Of a stretch of 43,964 nt of DNA, positions 24,120-35,868 are shown in pieces. The notes under the pieces are model-generated. The model saw nothing but the letters and a program-made list of their open reading frames with translations. It searched no databases and was not told the origin of the DNA. The position numbers and the translations under genes were made by a program. This stretch comes from Octopus bimaculoides. Taxonomy: Eukaryota. The DNA is taken from assembly GCF_001194135.2 (NCBI RefSeq), contig NC_068988.1:5883144-5927107 (forward strand). Reading direction: 5' to 3'. Positions within the stretch are counted from its first letter, which is position 1. Each line of letters starts with the position of its first letter.

Positions 24120-24865
24120 TATTATTTTTTGTTCCGTTTCGGTTGGTATTTTCGAATAAAGTATTCTTCCTTAGTAACATGTTCGTTTTCTGTCCATAGT
24201 ATGAAGAAAGGGAATATTTTAAATTTTCCTTTCCCACATTTTTCACTGCATGTTGTGTTTCTAACGGAGAGGTCACGGATTTGTTGTTCATATACCGTTA
24301 CTCTCTCATTTAGTCCAATGCCCGTTTGTCCAATGTAGTTTTCTTTGCATTCGGGGCATGTGGCACAGTAGATTAGGTTTCTGGATTTGCAATTCATATT
24401 TGCATTTATTTTAAAAGTGCTCTTGTCTTTGAAAGTAATTTGTGCTTCACGTTCAACGCAATCACACGATCCACAGTAAGGGTCACCACATTTCTGAACT
24501 CTGTTGTTTCTCTAGTTGTAAATTTTGTTTGGGTTAAGAGAATTTTTAGGTTCAGTTCTTGACGTTTGCTAAAAATCATTTTTGAATCTATTATTAATTT
24601 GTTCATTCTTGATGCTTGTTGAAGAATTGGAAAGTATCTTTTGGCAGTATTTATGATGTGATTTCTTGCGTTGTGGGTGATGACCAAAGGAATGCATATG
24701 AGTTCATTTTTATTTTTGTGTGTTTGTTTTCCTCTGAAGTCTGTAATTGGAATGTTTGCTTTGGTGATTGCTGTGTCAATTAAACTAGTGGAACATTTTT
24801 GTTCTTTTAGAAATATTTTAAATTTCTGTTATCTTTTATCCCTTAATTCTGCATCTATTACCATA
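24120..24865 (-). mobile_element. Penelope-like element relic (RT thumb/linker plus GIY-YIG endonuclease)
   Basis: ...IPLVITHNA...YFPILQQ...IFSKRQELNLKILLTQTKF... and MNCKSRNLIYCATCPECKENYIGQTGIGLNERV...FKIFPF...KEEYFIRKYQPKRN; several frameshifts and stops. Confidence 0.9.
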
Positions 24866-24942
24866 GTGGAAGACGACGAGCGCGATTCGATTGTGAAGAG
24901 TTACGTCAATCAAAATATAATAATAATAATAATAATAATAAT

Positions 24943-24975
<33 letters not shown>

Positions 24976-24977
24976 CT

Positions 24978-25078
24978 TTTCTACCATAGGCACAAGGACT
25001 GAAATTTTGGGAGAGGGTTAAGTTAATTCCATCGAACCCAGTATTTCACTGGTACTTAATTTATCGACTCCGATAGGA
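24978..25078 (-). mobile_element. SINE S4 3' half with (TTA)n tail
   Basis: Matches 21361-21470; followed on the element strand by the trinucleotide run at 24920-24975. Confidence 0.75.
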
Positions 25079-25490
25079 TTTCGTCATCTTGCAGTGCATC
25101 CTATCCATTTGCTACGGTAAATGGTCGCTTGTCACTTCCGTAGTTACCTCGTTCGCTCGATGGAGAAAGTATCGGACCATCGTCCACTAGCCGTTCACTA
25201 CCTTGAACCATGCGAAAGGTGCATAACTTACGGCATATTTACCGCACTGCCGAATCATTGCCATGTCTTGGTATATTTTGCAAACATTTCCATTTTAATT
25301 TGAGCCATAAATACATTTCAAATTACCAGATTAAATGAATTTGTGATAGGCAAATAAAAGATAAAATTACTTCTATATTACGTTTATCGAAATTCGTGTT
25401 GCTGTTGCTTAATTTGCTTTCGCTTCTGTTTTCTTTTTTTGTTTTTTGTTCTGTTTCCCTTTTTCCTTGTTTTGTGACACTGTTATCATT

Positions 25491-25666
25491 GGGGAGCCGT
25501 CAGAATCGTTAGCACGCCGAGTGAAATGCCTAGTTCAAATTCCGCTGAAGTCGACTTTGCCTTTCATCCCTTCAGGGTCAACAAATTAATAATGAAACAC
25601 TGCGGTCGATTTAATCAACTAGTCTTCTCCCGCCAAATTTCAGGTCGTGTGCCTTTAGTAAAAAGG

Positions 25667-25732
<66 letters not shown>
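25491..25732 (+). mobile_element. SINE S4 with (TTA)n tail
   Basis: gtcagaatcgttagcacgccgagtgaaatg...gactttgcctttcatcccttcagggtc...gtgcctttagtaaaaagga(tta)n. Confidence 0.8.
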
Positions 25733-26062
25733 NNNNNNNNNNNNNNNNNNNNNNNNNNNNNNNNNNNNNNNNNNNNNNNNNNNNNNNNNNNNNNNNNNNN
25801 NNNNNNNNNNNNNNNNNNNNNNNNNNNNNNNNNNNNNNNNNNNNNNNNNNNNNNNNNNNNNNNNNNNNNNNNNNNNNNNNNNNNNNNNNNNNNNNNNNNN
25901 NNNNNNNNNNNNNNNNNNNNNNNNNNNNNNNNNNNNNNNNNNNNNNNNNNNNNNNNNNNNNNNNNNNNNAGAATAAGGGCAGGGAATCGTCAATTAGTAA
26001 TAGAATTAATAATTAACAATTTTGCCAAGTAGTTCAGTATGAAAAAAACCTTTATCGGTAAA

Positions 26063-26270
26063 ATCATTTATCATCGTAAATATACAGGGATTAGCATTGA
26101 GTTGCTTCTCCAACATACTGAAAATTTAGAAATAGCAGTCAAAAATCGCCATCCATTTAGAGAAAAATTTGTAGTTTAGAATCAGTAGTTTTTTGACTGC
26201 TATTTCTAAATTTTCAGTATGTTGGAGAAGCAACTCAATGCTAATCCCTGTATATTTACGATGATAAATG

Positions 26271-26272
<2 letters not shown>
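26063..26272. repeat. Perfect 83-bp inverted repeat with 44-nt spacer
   Basis: 26063-26145 is the exact reverse complement of 26190-26272 (checked base by base). Confidence 0.95.
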
Positions 26273-26315
<43 letters not shown>

Positions 26316-26326
26316 AACAGAAAGAT

Positions 26327-26539
26327 AAATGAATGACGAAAGAAAATTTGTTATGTAATCACTTTCATTAGCTTACAGCTGTTTCGATTATGGAGAACGG
26401 AACACTTCATTGAAATGACTGTGTGGAAGCTACAAGAAATTGGACTAACTTACAAGTCGGCTGTACAGTTTCTTATAGACAAAACAACTGTAGGCTAATG
26501 AAGGTGATTACGCAACTCCTGTTCTTTTGTCATTCATTT
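26327..26539. repeat. Imperfect 58-bp inverted repeat ending in a hammerhead-like GAAACAGCTGTA word
   Basis: 26327-26384 versus 26482-26539, about 48/58 identical, 97-nt spacer. Confidence 0.8.
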
Positions 26540-26557
26540 GTATTACGTTTTGTAATA

Positions 26558-26770
26558 AGACGGTGAGCTAGTAGAATCGTTAGCACTCGAGAGAAAATGC
26601 TCAGCGGCATTTCGTCCGTCTGTACATTCTGAGTTCATATTCCACTGGGGCCGACTTTGTTTTTCATTCTTTCTGGGTCGATAAAATAAGTACCAGCTGA
26701 ACACTGCGGTCAATATAAATGACGTATCACCTTAATAGAAACTGCTGGCATTGTGCCAAAATTTGAAATC
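26558..26770 (+). mobile_element. SINE S4
   Basis: gacggtgagctagtagaatcgttagc...ctgagttcatattcc...ggggtcgataaaataagtaccag. Confidence 0.8.
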
Positions 26771-26949
26771 AGTATTACGCTCTGTAGAGATATACTCGTT
26801 CCTTCAAGAGACCGAAACGGAGGATACCAGATAATTCGTATTTTCACACTAGAATTTACTAATGCGATACTCTAAGATAGAAATATATTTAATTCTAGCA
26901 ATTGGCCATTGGTACCGCTATGGCTAACCTGAACGATAACATACATACA

Positions 26950-26984
<35 letters not shown>

Positions 26985-27022
26985 GTGTGTGTGCGTGTGT
27001 GTGTGAGTGTGTGTATGTATGT

Positions 27023-27540
27023 CATTATTTAGTTTTGTTTCACGATTTCTTGCTAATAACGAAAGAGCCGGTTTCTAACCAAAATGCATGTCTCCTTCAC
27101 TGGAATTTCAACAACATCAACAGGGTATTTTTGTATGAATGTACGTATGTGTTTCTTCTATTCTTTAATTATTATAAATCTTCCACTGAGAAGGGAGACG
27201 CTTTCCAACAAAGATACAAAGCTCTATCTTTGAGATGTAGTTAACACAGACAAATTCACATTTGGAACTTGAGAAAAGTCTTGCATATTTTTATTGTTCC
27301 ACTCACAGATTGCACTTGTAATGTACGAATTAGCCGGTGGATTTCTCTTTCTGAAAATTCCAGTTTATCCAGATTCTCCTTTAAGCATTTACTAACAAAA
27401 CTTAGTGCTCCAATTATTATTGGTATGAATATGAATTCATAGTCTGGATATAGAAGCTGGAGGTTTCGAACCAGTTGTCCATAGATGTCCTCTTTTTCTT
27501 TGATTTTCAAAAAGATATTTATATCTTCAGGGCAGCTATA
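27023..27540 (-). mobile_element. 3' end of an unclassified RLE-type non-LTR retrotransposon (family X)
   Basis: SCPEDINIFLKIKEKEDIYGQLVRNLQLLYPDYEFIFIPIIIGALSFVSKCL...LQVQSVSGTIKICKTFLKFQM* followed by a ~230-nt 3'UTR. Confidence 0.8.
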
Positions 27541-27654
27541 CATATATTTACACACATATACGTATGTGAAAATATTAGTATATATGTATACGTACAGATG
27601 TGTATGTTTGGTTTTGTATATGTATGCATGATTTATGTATGTATATATTTGTAT

Positions 27655-28190
27655 GTATGTCTAAATCCTTAGCTAGATTTTCAAAGTTTTCTTCGCACGA
27701 TTTCTCTATAGACCTTCACAGTAGTTCCAGACATTTCTAAATATGTGATTGCAAAGGAATGTGTGCACAAAACGTCGGCGTATGTTCGAATGTGCTTTCA
27801 CGCATGGCAAGGTTGCTCATACCTTTTAAATCACCTGGTATGAACGTATGCATGCATACATACATAAATTTACACACACGTACGTATCTACGTAGTAAAT
27901 ATATGTACGCATGTAAGTATGTATGTATGTATACGTGCATATTTGTATGTTTTTTGTGTACGTATGTATGTATGTATGTATGTATTTGTATGTATGCCTA
28001 AATCCTTATTTGAATTTTCAAAGTTTTCTTCGCACGATTTCTCTACAGATCTTCACAGTAGTTCCAGACATTTCTAAACATGTGATTGCAAAGGAATATG
28101 TGCACAAAACGTCGGCGTATGTTCGAATATACTTTCATGCCTGGCAAGAGTGCACACACTTTTTAAATCATCTGGTATGAACGTATGCAT
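27655..28190. repeat. Two tandem ~200-bp units (period ~337 bp) separated by (TATG)n
   Basis: aaatcctt..ttttcaaagttttcttcgcacgatttctcta...aaaacgtcggcgtatgttcgaat...tggtatgaacgtatgc at about 27662 and 27999. Confidence 0.9.
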
Positions 28191-28849
28191 GTATCTACAT
28201 ACACGCCCCCCACACACACACATACACACATACATACATACATTTACACACATATACGTACCTACGTACATGAGTGTAAATATATGCATATAAGAATACG
28301 TGGATGTGTGCTTCTACACATACATTTGCCATATATTTACTCTTCCCAAATGGACTTTTATAGTTTATTTGGACTGACGACTTGTTTCATGGCAAGGCTG
28401 CAAAGAAAAGATATTTCTCTTTTAAGTACGTTTCCGTTCTTTTCCGTCATCCTTTCCACAACCATTTTACTGTATACGCATATATGTGCGTACGTATATC
28501 TGCATGCAACTAACTCTTTATAACATGTATATATATGCTTATGCAGGAATCCATGTATGTGAGCTAACTCCCCAACACTTCATAGATGATTGCTAAATAA
28601 TTATATATTCATTCCATAATAAGACACTTTTTCTCCAAAGAAGACAGTGAGAGAACAAATTGGCAGCTCTCTTTCTCAAAACGAACAGCCCGCCATCTTT
28701 AAAATGAAAGTCACGCGTTTCTAAACTAAATCTATTGGCAGTTTGCCTACAGTTGTGATGGCAGCAGTGCTTGGCCACTAATCGATCATTTATTCGATCG
28801 GTTTCCTCTATGTCGCAGGGCCAATCGAGCAGTAGACTGCAAATAGGTT

Positions 28850-28939
28850 TTCTTTTATTCTTTTATTCTTTTACTTGTTTCAGTCATTTGACTGAGGCCA
28901 TGCTGGAGCACCGCCTTTAGCCGAGAAAATCGACCCCAG

Positions 28940-28970
<31 letters not shown>

Positions 28971-29133
28971 CGGCGGGCTTCTTTCAATTTCTGACTATCA
29001 AATTCACTTACAAGGCTTTGGTCGGCCCGAGGCTATAGTAGAAGACACTTGCCCAAGGTACCACGTACTGGAACTGAACCCTTAATCATGTGGTTGATAA
29101 GCATGCTACTTACCACACAGCCACTCCTGCGCC
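28850..29133 (-). mobile_element. Composite SINE: S3, (TA)n, truncated S5
   Basis: S3 at 28970-29133, (TA)n at 28944-28970, S5 3' part at 28850-28943. Confidence 0.8.
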
Positions 29134-29897
29134 TGGTTTAAAATTATTTCTATATATTTCAATTGTTTATTTTACAATGAAACACATATATCATACGAGG
29201 TAAATTATAACATGTTTTTGCTTGCTTTTGATTTTGTTTTTTACAAATTTTACCTGTTGTTATTTTTAATGATTGTCTTTTTCATTAACATAATTTTAGG
29301 TTGCTTTTTGTGGGAGATTTTTTCATTATTTTTTCTTTCTCATTCCTGTTATATCATAGTTAATGTTAACCACGAACTTTTCCTGCCCCTCTTCTCGAAT
29401 CCAGCAGACACCCCTGCTTTATATACAGTGGGTGACACCACATGCTCTTGTCTTCTCTTCTCTCCCTCCCTCTGTCCTCTCACATGTATATATGTATATG
29501 TATTAAAATTAATATAGGGTAGGAAAAATTAGAGAAATTTGTTTCTACCAGTGGCCTAGTATGTATACAAAGTCAATTGACATTTTTCATATAAAATTAG
29601 TGTATATTTATATACAAAGAGGCAAGTCTTAACAGGTAAATGTTTTTATTTTTCATTCCCTTCGTACAATTTCCAAGTAATTAATAAATCATTCGTCAAA
29701 TACTGTTTTAGTTTATAAACACTGATTCTAGTAATAGTTTTTTGACTCGATCCATCATTCTGTCCTTTAAGACTTATCCTGTCTCTCTGGGGACCAAAAC
29801 GAGCCAAAGGTTTTATTAAACATTCTAGCTCGGCCTCCCGTTTTAGTGTCATCCATTGATCGAGTCTTTAGCTGCTTTTCGCACACTTTCTCGTTAT

Positions 29898-30039
29898 AGG
29901 CGCAGGTCTGACTCTGTAGTTAGAAGCTTGCTTTCCAATCGCATGGTTCCCGGTTCAATTCTACTGCGTGGCACCTTGGGCAAGTGTCTACTGCTATAAT
30001 CACGAGCATTGTGAGTGGATTTGGCTGACGGAAACTGTA
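29898..30039 (+). mobile_element. SINE S3 head
   Basis: Matches 20345-20490. Confidence 0.8.
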
Positions 30040-30274
30040 AGGTGATTTAAGTTTGAGTACCACCATCTTTTGGCAAAACTTGATGCAATATCTCTGCTCT
30101 ACGCATTCGGTGAAAACGAAAACCGATAAGCGTGCCCTACACGTCTGTACTCGAGGTGTAAAAGCCGGTAATTTTTCACGCATGCGTAGGAAGGTTGGTG
30201 TCACCTTCCACTCGAAAACTTTTGCTCACGCGGCATTGGTTTTGGCGAGAAAAAATGAAGTCGATGACCTTTTG
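30040..30274 (-). mobile_element. Mariner transposon 5' end (leader plus transposase N-terminus)
   Basis: TECVEQRYCIKFCQK matches the mariner N-terminal EQRxxIKFC motif; the terminal repeat runs into the gap. Confidence 0.75.
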
Positions 30275-30652
30275 NNNNNNNNNNNNNNNNNNNNNNNNNN
30301 NNNNNNNNNNNNNNNNNNNNNNNNNNNNNNNNNNNNNNNNNNNNNNNNNNNNNNNNNNNNNNNNNNNNNNNNNNNNNNNNNNNNNNNNNNNNNNNNNNNN
30401 NNNNNNNNNNNNNNNNNNNNNNNNNNNNNNNNNNNNNNNNNNNNNNNNNNNNNNNNNNNNNNNNNNNNNNNNNNNNNNNNNNNNNNNNNNNNNNNNNNNN
30501 NNNNNNNNNNNNNNNNNNNNNNNNNNNNNNNNNNNNNNNNNNNNNNNNNNNNNNNNNNNNNNNNNNNNNNNNNNNNNNNNNNNNNNNNNNNNNNNNNNNN
30601 NNNNNNNNNNNNNNNNNNNNNNNNNNNNNNNNNNNNNNNNNNNNNNNNNNNN

Positions 30653-30697
<45 letters not shown>

Positions 30698-30924
30698 CAC
30701 ATACACACACATACACATATATATAGTGAATTACTCACACATAAGTACATATATATATAGTGAATTACACACACATACATGCCTATACACACACACACAC
30801 ACACACATATATATATTTATAGGTGATATTTTTAGAAAAATAAAGACGAAGACACGTGTAGGAACAACATACAAGAGTGTATCAGCTTAACGCTCGGGAA
30901 AAAAGGAAAAGTCGTTTATGTTTT

Positions 30925-31385
30925 ATATATATGCTTTGCAAACAACTTGCAGATGCAAGAGCTACCAGTCGGAAGCTTTGCATACCGGAAGCCAGCAAAT
31001 GTATGCGGTCATCAGGGGAGAATGCGTACCGTTTCGGGGCCTACTTCTCGACGGCATCAATGCACATCGTCGCCCTCTCACTGATATGAAGCCCCGCTTG
31101 CTAGATCAACTGGTTATGAAATAAAGCTCAATATTCTTCTAGTCATCACCCATCGTCTCTTTTTAACCAAATCCAGTGGTTAGCCTTCTCCACTGAAGTT
31201 TGGATATAGGTCATGCTGGTATATACGTTACGATGAGTTAGGCCTAACGATAACAACAGTCGTCTCACACTATGTCCAACAAACCCTGTATTGGAAAATG
31301 CTCCGCTTCTCAGCCTGCATCTTCATGTTCCTGAAGGAGGTTTACATAACGGTCAATGTTTCGAGCCCGAGCGGCGTCCATATGA
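30925..31385 (-). mobile_element. HERO-like (R2 superclade) non-LTR retrotransposon 3' end
   Basis: MDAARARNIDRYVNLLQEHEDAG*EAEHFPI, frameshift, GFVGHSVRRLLLSLGL...VEKANHWIWLKRDDG* fits the HERO C-terminal GW....PIEVGCRGF....L..LG....E.AS.W.W.KR pattern; 3'UTR 30925-31145. Confidence 0.65.
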
Positions 31386-32476
31386 CCAGATGAATGAGGC
31401 TTTTTTGCAATAGGCTTTCGAAGAAATGTCCGTTTTTTTTTTTTAGTTTCTCTAGGAATTCTCTTTCAATCTTTTCCATCTACGATCTCCTTGGTGAAAT
31501 TCAAGTTGTTGCTATTGTTGTTGTTCTTCTTCTTCTCCCCTTCCTCCTCCTTCTTTTTCTTTTTTTCTCCTCCTCCTCCTCCTTTTTCTTCGCATCCTTG
31601 ACTTCCACCTCCTCTTTTTTCTTCTTCTTATCGTCGTTTTTCCTACATCGAAGCTGAACGAGCAACCCTAAAATCGTGAACAAACATGTCCCGCATCCTC
31701 TCCATGCTTCACACAACGATTTTTGCAGACCTATAATCTACTACATCCTCTAATTCTATTAAGATAGAAAGTTCTCATTTCTACAGTGTTTGGCCACTAT
31801 TTCTATTAGGTCAAGCGGCTACACAGACAATCACTCACCGGTAACAATTCTAATTACGTTTACACGATTCTTTGTACATCATCTAATTGTGTATCTTTCC
31901 GTTTCTATCGTCACTTACTTAATTGAAAGACACATTGTATATATGTCTACATTTACTTCGTAAATACACCTATATTACTTATAATAGTATATAAACGACT
32001 ACATTTACACTACCCAATATATTCTCTGTATCACTCTTTGTTTTTTTATTTGTCTTTTATGTTTTACCAGGTCAGAAGTACAAGTATACAGCAAATTGTC
32101 TAATCAGATTTACATGTTGCGTCGTGTTTTTTTTTCTACCAAATTGTTTATTTGCTCTCCTCTCTCGTCACTTATTCAATTGAAGGAGATAAAGAAAGTG
32201 GTTCGTAGACATTTTCAGCAATGTAATTCAGAAACACAAATGTTTTATATTTTTATAGATTCGTTCTTTTATGAGTTAACTAAATATATTGACACAATGC
32301 CAATTGCTTCGTTGTTTCTTAGTTTTCCCTTTTTTTAAAATATATAATAGAAGGATTTAGAAGATGGAATTTATTCCAGAATACAAGTCGTTTAGTATAT
32401 TGAACATCGATATATGTACAGTAAAGCCAACGACATACGCCAATCTCCGAAAGGTTCCCTATGCAGCAGCTCAGTC

Positions 32477-32699
32477 TGCGAGAAATAGCAGCCAAATCTC
32501 TCTTTCCTCAGTAAGATCTATTCTGTAGTTATAAGTAAATGTATATATATATATATATATATATGTGTGCAGGTGTGTGTATATGTTTGTCCCCCCAACC
32601 TCGCTTGACAACCAATGCTGGTGTGTTTACGTCCCCGTAACTTAGCGGTTCGGCAAAAAGAGACCGATAGAATAAGTACTAGGCTTACAAAGAATAAGT
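32477..32699 (+). mobile_element. Short dispersed motif (gaaatagcagccaaatctc), microsatellite and SINE module S5
   Basis: S5 from 32575 runs into the gap; the motif also occurs at 372, 19445, 26127, 36121 (-) and 41314. Confidence 0.7.
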
Positions 32700-33336
32700 N
32701 NNNNNNNNNNNNNNNNNNNNNNNNNNNNNNNNNNNNNNNNNNNNNNNNNNNNNNNNNNNNNNNNNNNNNNNNNNNNNNNNNNNNNNNNNNNNNNNNNNNN
32801 NNNNNNNNNNNNNNNNNNNNNNNNNNNNNNNNNNNNNNNNNNNNNNNNNNNNNNNNNNNNNNNNNNNNNNNNNNNNNNNNNNNNNNNNNNNNNNNNNNNN
32901 NNNNNNNNNNNNNNNNNNNNNNNNNNNNNNNNNNNNNNNNNNNNNNNNNNNNNNNNNNNNNNNNNNNNNNNNNNNNNNNNNNNNNNNNNNNNNNNNNNNN
33001 NNNNNNNNNNNNNNNNNNNNNNNNNNNNNNNNNNNNNNNNNNNNNNNNNNNNNNNNNNNNNNNNNNNNNNNNNNNNNNNNNNNNNNNNNNNNNNNNNNNN
33101 NNNNNNNNNNNNNNNNNNNNNNNNNNNNNNNNNNNNNNNNNNNNNNNNNNNNNNTTTTTCTTTGTGATTTCTTCTTTGTGATGTACTCTTGGGACGGAAT
33201 ATATTTGCGGTTGAAGATAGCTTTATACCATCCTGTCTATCAATTATATACTCATATAATGATGCAATGACGGTTTGTGTATAAAACTTGTAGCACGTGT
33301 ACCGCGGAATCCTTTGTGTTCTGTTTTACTTTTACG

Positions 33337-33397
<61 letters not shown>

Positions 33398-34576
33398 TAG
33401 ATATATATAAAGATGCACACACACACATGTATATATTTATATATATATAACAAAGGCTCTATAAAGCACCAGTTTTGCTAAAGATAGGAGTTATAAATAC
33501 TCCAAAGCCACAAAAATCAATACTAGATTTTTACAGGTATGGTTGGAAAAAAAAACAAAAAACTAATTGAATAAGGGTTGCGTTTTCCATTTGGAAAACT
33601 ACAAGAAGGAATGCCGGTTAACTTAGTATTACGATTTCGAATTTAGCGCCTAAAGTACTTTATTCTCTTCAGCCTAGTCTACTCACAACACACCTATATA
33701 TCATTTCAACAAACACCTGTGTTCGTTTCAGTACCCAAATCGCATTGAGAAAACGAAGTAAGCATTTTTGATTCCTACTTTTAGCAATCCTGGTGCTTCA
33801 TAGCACCCTTGTTATACATTATTATATATATTTATTAATTTTGTGTCTCTACGGTTTTAAGCTTGTGGCCACTAACATTATTATCTCTCGTGAGTATTAA
33901 TACTCTGTGTGTATATATATATATATATATANNNNNNNNNNNNNNNNNNNNNNNNNNNNNNNNNNNNNNNNNNNNNNNNNNNNNNNNNNNNNNNNNNNNN
34001 NNNNNNNNNNNNNNNNNNNNNNNNNNNNNNNNNNNNNNNNNNNNNNNNNNNNNNNNNNNNNNNNNNNNNNNNNNNNNNNNNNNNNNNNNNNNNNNNNNNN
34101 NNNNNNNNNNNNNNNNNNNNNNNNNNNNNNNNNNNNNNNNNNNNNNNNNNNNNNNNNNNNNNNNNNNNNNNNNNNNNNNNNNNNNNNNNNNNNNNNNNNN
34201 NNNNNNNNNNNNNNNNNNNNNNNNNNNNNNNNNNNNNNNNNNNNNNNNNNNNNNNNNNNNNNNNNNNNNNNNNNNNNNNNNNNNNNNNNNNNNNNNNNNN
34301 NNNNNNNNNNNNNNNNNNNNNNNNNNNNNNNNNNNNNNNNNNNNNNNNNNNNNNNNNNNNNNNNNNNNNNNNNNNNNNNNNNNNNNNNNNNNNNNNNNNN
34401 NNNNNNNNNNNNNNNNNNNNNNNNNNNNNNNNNNNNNNNNNNNNNNNNNNNNNNNNNNNNNNNNNNNNNNNNNNNNNNNNNNNNNNNNNNNNNNNNNNNN
34501 NNNNNNNNNNNNNNNNNNNNNNNNNNNNNNNNNNNNNNNNNNNNNNNNNNNNNNNNNNNNNNNNNNNNNNNNNNNN

Positions 34577-34620
<44 letters not shown>

Positions 34621-35664
34621 CACACATATATATATACATACACACATATATATATACATACACACATATATACACATACATATATACATACATACAAACT
34701 ACTGAAATAATTACGTGCTATGATTTCGCCTCGGTATTAAAGCAGACGATATTGTAAAGAACTGTCTTTGGCTCCTTATTACAACACACATTATCACTGA
34801 GCTTTTAATGATTCAATCATTAATTTCTCACATGCCTACGGGACATATTTTATTTATCTCCACGCCTTGTTCTAGAGACTGTATTCATTGAAAACAATAT
34901 GTTGATTAATACACCTAACAACAGCCGGAGGTTGTCAGGCGTTCTCCACAACTTTCGTTTGTTGACAGTTCTGCTCTATTATTGTTGTTTTTTTAGTTCT
35001 AATTCAGCTCTTTAGCTATCCAAAAGTTGTAGGCAACTAAGAGCTTGGGCCAAAGTCAAAGCGAAACTAATCAACCAAATGGAAGCGGAGATGAAAGTGT
35101 CAATATATTAAGAAAACTAGAAGAATTTCTGGCAAGGCAAAATTTGAATTAAACGTCAGACAAGGGACATAAAACACAGGACTCAGAAGGACAGCTAGGG
35201 TAGAACCTCAAAGGAGAAAGAAATGACAGGCAGAGTATGGAATCAGATGAAAAGCAAAACGCCGAACACGAAGTGTTGAGAATTTCCAGGAATACAAAAA
35301 ATGATGCGGTCATACTTACAACCGTCCACGCGTGCCTCGTTTGTCGCATTTTTCCTGCAAATTATTTTATGCCATATACAAGGGAGAATTAGTTTCTGCT
35401 TCCAGCATATCGAGTACCAACGCTGAAACTTTTTCGCTGACTTTAAGATTGCTGTTGGTCGTCGATGGTTCGCACCCTTCTTAACAAACTGGTTCCGTAA
35501 TACAGAAACAAGGGGCTGATATGAGCATGCCGGCTTTGTAAACTTAAAACTCATACTCGTGTGTAGAGCTTTATTGAAACCCGGGTCCTGACATATTGCA
35601 TCACCTTAGATATATTCTGTGAATACGTTACCCTATGCATTGAGCTTCGATGGAAAACATAAAA

Positions 35665-35868
35665 ATGACAGAATCGTTAGCGAGTCGGACAATATAATCA
35701 GCAACGTTTCCCCCGCTTCTTTACGTGCTGAGTTCAAATTCCTCCATGGTCATCTTCGCCTTTCATCCTTTCGGGGTCGATAAAATAAGTACCAGTTACA
35801 CACTGGATCGATGTAATCGTCTACTCTCTTCCCATAGAAAAATACTCGCCTTGTGCCCCAAATTTTGA
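35665..35868 (+). mobile_element. SINE S4
   Basis: gacagaatcgttagc...gctgagttcaaattcc...gcctttcatcctttcggggtcgataaaataagtaccag. Confidence 0.8.

Noticed and set aside
26281-26315. (TTAG)n as an interstitial telomere
   Set aside because: Not TTAGGG or TTAGG; ordinary tetranucleotide
29920-30204. 94-aa ORF as a gene
   Set aside because: Chimera of mariner leader/N-terminus and an antisense SINE
32040-32338. Strong splice acceptor at 32070 and 80-aa ORF
   Set aside because: No convincing donor or recognisable peptide; T-rich tracts are common here
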